From NCBI GenBank assembly GCA_038534155.1, contig JBCAXH010000006.1, forward strand, positions 50,829 through 114,828: a stretch of DNA of 64,000 bases, read 5' to 3'. A program made the position numbers and the translations under genes. Under the pieces are notes generated by a model. It made no database searches. It worked only from the letters and a program-made list of their open reading frames with translations, and had not been told where the DNA came from. Shown piece by piece: positions 59,035-64,000 of the stretch. Origin of the DNA: Pseudomonadota bacterium (lineage in GTDB: Bacteria; Pseudomonadota; Alphaproteobacteria; Rhodobacterales; Rhodobacteraceae). Position 1 is the first letter of the stretch, and each line of letters begins with the position of its first letter.

Positions 59035-60562
59035 GGCCCTTACCGATCCGCCCCGCCGCCGCATCGCGCAGGAACGCGCGCGAGACCAGCGCGTAGGCGT
59101 AGACGTCGGGCGCTTTCGATACGGCGACCAGCAGCGATCCATCGCTTGCGGGGCGCACCGCGAATGCCCTTGAGGCGACCGCATCGGGCAGAGGGGTTCC
59201 GAAGACTTTCTCCGCGGCGTTCGCCAGCATCTCCCTTCCGGCCTCCGCGTCTTTCGGCCCGATGAGGAGAAGCGTCTTCTCCGCATGGTCGCGTTCCGTG
59301 AGATGCGAGACCTCCCACGCCACGCCTTCGGTCCGGTCGAGCGCCATTACGATCGCCGTCGCCTCGTCGCAAAGCCGCGCGACCGCGTCCTGCCAGTCGG
59401 CGTGGTCGAAATAGCCCCGCGCCGCGCCGTAGGGCGGCGCGGGATCGGAGGGATCGCCGAGCGCGACGAGAGGACCGGCGACCGTCCCCTCCCGCATCAA
59501 CAGGCGGTCGAGATCGGCGCGGCGGCTGCGCCCGTCGAAGAGCCATTGTTCGACGTCGAAGCGGGGCGGCGGCAGGTCCACCTGATCGTCGAGAAAGGAG
59601 CGCAGGAAGAGGATCGGCGGGCGGCGGTCGAGATGCTGCACGTCCTCCAACGACCGGCGCATGTAGCGCTCCGCCCCCCGCGCCGCCCAGCGGATCAGGA
59701 GGCGCAGCCAGAGCCCGAGTGAGAGCGCGATCGCGAAGACGAGGGCGGTGAGCGCGCCCGAAACGAGGGAGGCGGCGAACGGCCCGGCGTCCGCGAAAGA
59801 AGCGGCGATATAGCTGAAGACCGCCCACGACGCCGCCGCCAGCGACAGGACGGCGAGCACCAGCCAGTAGTTCACGAGGTTCGCGAGCCCCGCGATCAGC
59901 AGGAGGCCCGTCGTCAGCGCGCGGCGGCGGGCGTAGCGGATCGCCGGCGGGATCTGCAGGAGCCGCCGCGTCGTGCCCGCGACGTAGCCTTCATCCGGCG
60001 CGTAATCGGGGAAGTCGCGCCGCTCCTCCGCCGAGACGCCTCGCGCGACGCGCAGGCCGCGAAAAGCGATGTAGAGGAACTGGAGGTGGAGGAGGGCGAC
60101 GATGCCGAAACGGATATGCCGCGCCTCCGTCACCTCCGCATCGAAGCGGAGGGTGCGGCCGTCGATCTCCGCCACGCGCAACTCTTCGAGAAAGCCCGCT
60201 CCGGGCTGATAGATGTCATCGTGGAAAACGGCGAGGTTGAAGAGCGTCAGCGCGACCCCCAGCGCCACGATCAAGGCGTTCGCCCGGAGGCGGGAAATAT
60301 AGGCGAAGATCAGCCAAACCAGCCCGAGGAGCGCGACATCCAGCGCGCCCCGGTCATAGGTGAGGGTCTTGGAAAGGTCCGCCATCGGGCCGGGGTCGAA
60401 ATCCGCGATCGCGCCATAGACGAGGAGACCGCCGTAGGCCGCCACCTGCGTCAGCGCCGCGAGAGGGCGGAGGATGAGGTCCAGCAGCATCCAGAACGCG
60501 TACAGCTGACAGAGCCGCATCCAGTAGAGCGACGCGCGATAGCGCGCCGCGGCCGCATCCAT
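59012..60562 (-). CDS. Multi-pass membrane protein with uncharacterised C-terminal cytoplasmic domain
   Basis: Several TM helices, then RPPILFLRSFLDD...GPLVALGDP...GAARGY....WQ..V..L...GVAWE; converges on and overlaps DUF1178 by 23 nt. Confidence 0.7.
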   Translation of the reverse strand: MDAAAARYRASLYWMRLCQLYAFWMLLDLILRPLAALTQVAAYGGLLVYGAIADFDPGPMADLSKTLTYDRGALDVALLGLVWLIFAYISRLRANALIVALGVALTLFNLAVFHDDIYQPGAGFLEELRVAEIDGRTLRFDAEVTEARHIRFGIVALLHLQFLYIAFRGLRVARGVSAEERRDFPDYAPDEGYVAGTTRRLLQIPPAIRYARRRALTTGLLLIAGLANLVNYWLVLAVLSLAAASWAVFSYIAASFADAGPFAASLVSGALTALVFAIALSLGLWLRLLIRWAARGAERYMRRSLEDVQHLDRRPPILFLRSFLDDQVDLPPPRFDVEQWLFDGRSRRADLDRLLMREGTVAGPLVALGDPSDPAPPYGAARGYFDHADWQDAVARLCDEATAIVMALDRTEGVAWEVSHLTERDHAEKTLLLIGPKDAEAGREMLANAAEKVFGTPLPDAVASRAFAVRPASDGSLLVAVSKAPDVYAYALVSRAFLRDAAAGRIGKGLSRSASA

Positions 60563-60755
60563 GTCGATGATGTCGATCCGTCGCTCGCCCATGCCGCCCC
60601 CTCGGGTTGCAGCCTCGCGCCGCCTGACGCCGCGCGCAACCGTCGGAATGCACGGTCTGAACAGGCCGACGGGGGCAGGGGCGTCCTTGCCGCCCGGAGG
60701 GCGCCCCGCTATAGGGGCCGCGCCGTCGGGCTGGCGGCGTGAAGGAGCCTACCCC

Positions 60756-62000
60756 ATGCCTCGTCTCGTGATGAAATTCGGCGGCACGTCCGTCGCCGAC
60801 CTGGAGCGCATTCGCAACGCCGCGCTCAAGGTGAAACGCGAGGTGGATGCGGGTTACGAGGTTTGCGTCGTCGTCTCCGCCATGTCGGGGGTGACGAACC
60901 AGCTGGTCGGCTACGTGCGGGAGGCGTCCTCCCCCGAAGGCGCGAACGCGCCGAGCTTCTACGACGCCCGCGAATACGACAGTGTGGTGGCGAGCGGCGA
61001 GCTGGTCACCTCAGGCCTGATGGCGATCACGCTGCAGGAGATGGGCGTGCCCGCTCGCTCCTGGGCGGGCTGGCAGGTGCCGGTGAAGACGACCGCCGCC
61101 CATGGCGCGGCGCGCATCGAAGGGATCGACACGACCCGGCTAGATGAAAAGTTCGCCGAAGGCATGCACGCGGTCATCGCCGGTTTCCAGGGCATCAGCG
61201 AAGAGGGACGGGTGACGACCCTCGGGCGCGGCGGCTCCGACACCACGGCGGTCGCTTTCGCGGCGGCGCTGGGCGCGGAGCGGTGCGATATCTACACCGA
61301 CGTCGACGGGGTCTACACGACCGATCCGCGCATCGAGCGCAAGGCGAGGAAGCTCGACCGCATCTCGTTTGAAGAGATGCTGGAGCTCGCCTCGCTAGGC
61401 GCGAAGGTGCTGCAGACCCGCTCGGTTGAGCTTGCGATGAACCACAAGGTGAAGCTGATGGTGCGCTCCAGCTTCAGCGACGATCCGGGCACGCTTGTTT
61501 GCCCTGAGGAGGACATCATGGAGAAGAACGTCGTATCCGGCATCGCCGCCGAACGCGGTCAGGCCAAGGTCACGCTGATCAAGGTCGCCGACAGGCCGGG
61601 CGTCGCCGCCTCCATCTTCGGGCCGTTGGCGGACGGGGGCGTGAACGTCGACATGATCGTCCAGAATATCTCGGAAGACGGGGCGACGGACATGACGTTC
61701 TCCTGCGCGGAAGACGACGTGGCGAAAGCCAGGGCCTGTCTGGAGGCCGCGAAGGACGATATTCTCTATCAGGACATCGTCGTCGACGACGACGTCGCCA
61801 AGGTCTCTGTGGTGGGCATCGGGATGCGATCCCATTCGGGCGTGGCGCAGAAGATGTTCTCCGCGCTCGCCGCCGACGGCGTGAACATCAAGGTGATCAC
61901 GACCTCGGAGATCAAGGTCAGCGTTCTGATCGACCGCAAGTATATGGAATTGGCCGTGCAGTCGTTGCACGCCGCGTTCGGCCTCGACCAGGCGGCCTGA
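60756..62000 (+). CDS. lysC: Aspartate kinase
   Basis: Start moved to ATG 60756 (RBS AAGGAG): VMKFGGTSV, VVSAMSG, TTLGRGGSDTTAV, YTDVDGVYTTDPR, two ACT domains. Confidence 0.97.
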   Translation: MPRLVMKFGGTSVADLERIRNAALKVKREVDAGYEVCVVVSAMSGVTNQLVGYVREASSPEGANAPSFYDAREYDSVVASGELVTSGLMAITLQEMGVPARSWAGWQVPVKTTAAHGAARIEGIDTTRLDEKFAEGMHAVIAGFQGISEEGRVTTLGRGGSDTTAVAFAAALGAERCDIYTDVDGVYTTDPRIERKARKLDRISFEEMLELASLGAKVLQTRSVELAMNHKVKLMVRSSFSDDPGTLVCPEEDIMEKNVVSGIAAERGQAKVTLIKVADRPGVAASIFGPLADGGVNVDMIVQNISEDGATDMTFSCAEDDVAKARACLEAAKDDILYQDIVVDDDVAKVSVVGIGMRSHSGVAQKMFSALAADGVNIKVITTSEIKVSVLIDRKYMELAVQSLHAAFGLDQAA

Positions 62001-62037
62001 GGAGACTCTCGCCCCCGCCTCCTGATAAGGCTGCCGC

Positions 62038-64000
62038 ATGAAGCCAGCCGCAGATATCGGATCGCGCGTTCTTTTGCGCCGCCTGCGCCAGGTCATGGCG
62101 CAGGCGGGCGACGCTCAGGCGCGTCTGGACCGGATCGTTCAGGTGATCGCCACTAACATGGTTGCGGAGGTCTGCTCGATCTATCTGCGCCGCGATTCGG
62201 AGACGTTGGAGCTCTGCGCGACTGAAGGCCTCCGCGCCGAAGCGGTTCACCGCACGCGGATGAAGATCGGCCGCGGCCTCGTCGGGCGCATCGCGCAGAA
62301 GGCCGAGCCGTTCTCCACCAAGGACGCGCCCCGCGCCCCCGGCTTCGAATACCGGCCGGAGACGGGGGAGGATCTTTACAATTCCTTCTGCGGCGTGCCG
62401 ATCCAACGGCTCGGCGACGTGATGGGCGTGCTGGTCGTCCAGAACGAGGCCGAGCGCGACTACACCGAGGATGAGATCGACGCGCTCGAAGTCACCGCCA
62501 TGGTGATCGCGGAGATGGCGGACGCCGGACGGCTGATGGGCGAAGGCTTCGATCAGGCCCGCCGCGCCCCCAGATCCTACCACGCCGTCGGCGGCTCCGA
62601 AGGGTCGGCGATCGGCGTCGTCCATCTGCACGAACCCAAGCTCGCCATCGAAAACCCGTTCACCGACGACATCGAAGGGGAGCAGGCGCGGCTCGCCGAG
62701 GCGATGGACGATCTGCGGGGGGAGGTCGACAAGCTGGTGGACGCCGACCTCGCCGGCGCCTCCGCCGAGTATCGCGACGTCTTGGAAGCCTACCGGATGT
62801 TCGCCCATGACAAGGGCTGGCTCCGCCGCCTGAACGAAGCCATCGGCGCCGGCGTCATCGCCGAGGTCGCGGTGGAGCGGGTGCAGTCCGCCGCCCGCAG
62901 CCGGATGGAGCGGGCGGCCAACCCCTATCTCCGCGACCGGCTGCACGACCTTGACGACCTCGCCAACCGCCTCCTGCGGCGCCTCTCCGGCGGATCGGCG
63001 GCGGAGATGCCGACCGACGCCGTGCTGGTCGGGCGCTCCATCGGGCCGGGAGAGCTGCTCGACCACGGCAAACGCCTGAAGGCGGTGGTGCTGGAAGAGG
63101 GCGGCGTCGGCTCCCACGCCGCGATCATCGCCCGCACGCTGGCGATTCCGATGGTGATCGGCGCCGAGCGGATCGTGGCGGAGGCGGACAATGGCGACCC
63201 GATCGTGGTCGACGGCGACACGGGGGCAGCGCATGTGCGTCCGCTCGATGGCGTGCTCGACGCTTACCGGGAAAAGATCGCGGGGCAGGCGGAGGCGGAG
63301 GCGACGTTCAAGGCGCTGCGCAAGAAACCCGCGACGACGAAGGACGGCGCGGCGATTTCGCTCCAGATCAACGCCGGGCTCCTCTCCGACATGCCGCAAC
63401 TGCACGAGACCGGCGCGGACGGCGTCGGCCTCTACCGGACGGAGCTTCAGTTCCTCACCCGCCCGACGCTCCCCCGCCGGTCGGATCAGGCGGCGCTATA
63501 TGGGCGGGTGCTGGATCAGGCGCAGGGCGCGCGGGTCGCGTTCCGGACGCTCGACATCGGGTCGGACAAGGTGCTGCCCTACATGAAGCGCCCGAAGGAG
63601 GATAACCCCGCCCTCGGCTGGCGGGCGGTGCGGGTCGGCCTCGACAAGCCGATGGCGATGAAGATGCAGCTTCAGTCGCTTCTGCGCGGGGCGGGGGCCC
63701 GCCCGCTGACGGTGATGTTCCCGTTCATCGCAGATGAGAGCGAGTTCTACGCGATCCGCGAGATCCTGTTCGACACCCGCGCCAAGCTGGAGAAGCTCGG
63801 CTACACGATGCCGTCGGAGCTGACCATCGGCGCGATGCTGGAGACCCCGTCGCTCGCCTACGCCTCCGACCGGTTCTTCGCCGACGTCGATTTTCTGTCG
63901 GTGGGCGGCAACGACCTCGCGCAGTTCTTTTTCGCCGCCGACCGGGGGAATGAGCGGGTGCGCCAGCGCTACGACGTCCTAAGCGGATCGTTCCTCGCAT
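62038..64000 (+). CDS. ptsP: PEP-protein phosphotransferase EI(Ntr) with N-terminal GAF; runs off the window end
   Basis: Manual translation MKPAADIGSRVLLRRLRQVMA...MVAEVCSIYL...LELCATEGL; GSHAAIIAR phospho-His motif; GVGLYRTELQF; absent from ORF track because the stop lies outside the window. Confidence 0.95.
   Translation, partial: MKPAADIGSRVLLRRLRQVMAQAGDAQARLDRIVQVIATNMVAEVCSIYLRRDSETLELCATEGLRAEAVHRTRMKIGRGLVGRIAQKAEPFSTKDAPRAPGFEYRPETGEDLYNSFCGVPIQRLGDVMGVLVVQNEAERDYTEDEIDALEVTAMVIAEMADAGRLMGEGFDQARRAPRSYHAVGGSEGSAIGVVHLHEPKLAIENPFTDDIEGEQARLAEAMDDLRGEVDKLVDADLAGASAEYRDVLEAYRMFAHDKGWLRRLNEAIGAGVIAEVAVERVQSAARSRMERAANPYLRDRLHDLDDLANRLLRRLSGGSAAEMPTDAVLVGRSIGPGELLDHGKRLKAVVLEEGGVGSHAAIIARTLAIPMVIGAERIVAEADNGDPIVVDGDTGAAHVRPLDGVLDAYREKIAGQAEAEATFKALRKKPATTKDGAAISLQINAGLLSDMPQLHETGADGVGLYRTELQFLTRPTLPRRSDQAALYGRVLDQAQGARVAFRTLDIGSDKVLPYMKRPKEDNPALGWRAVRVGLDKPMAMKMQLQSLLRGAGARPLTVMFPFIADESEFYAIREILFDTRAKLEKLGYTMPSELTIGAMLETPSLAYASDRFFADVDFLSVGGNDLAQFFFAADRGNERVRQRYDVLSGSFLA

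Overview
High-GC alphaproteobacterial chromosomal segment, most likely Rhodobacterales (gcrA, usg, DUF1127, DUF1217, CIRCE-controlled groESL, phoR-pstSCAB-phoU-phoB, lysC-ptsP). Most of 20-64 kb is housekeeping. The accessory-looking parts are: (i) an eight-gene alginate-like exopolysaccharide unit (algE-F-I-J-X-like, alg44, alg8, manC/algA) in rearranged order, lacking algD/K/G/L in the window, with an Alg44 whose c-di-GMP motifs look degenerate; (ii) a THF C1 cluster (fhs, folD) converging on an apparent operon of a signal-less SELENBP1-like methanethiol-oxidase homolog, an unannotated 42-aa Cys-Cys microprotein and a 2Fe-2S ferredoxin; (iii) a five-repeat DUF1217 protein between etfBA and hbd; (iv) three copies of a dispersed intergenic repeat between convergent genes; (v) a perfect, spacer-less 60-bp palindrome next to an ArsR-type gene. 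No tRNA, rRNA, CRISPR array, transposase or integrase was seen. All assignments come from motif recognition by eye; no database search was run.
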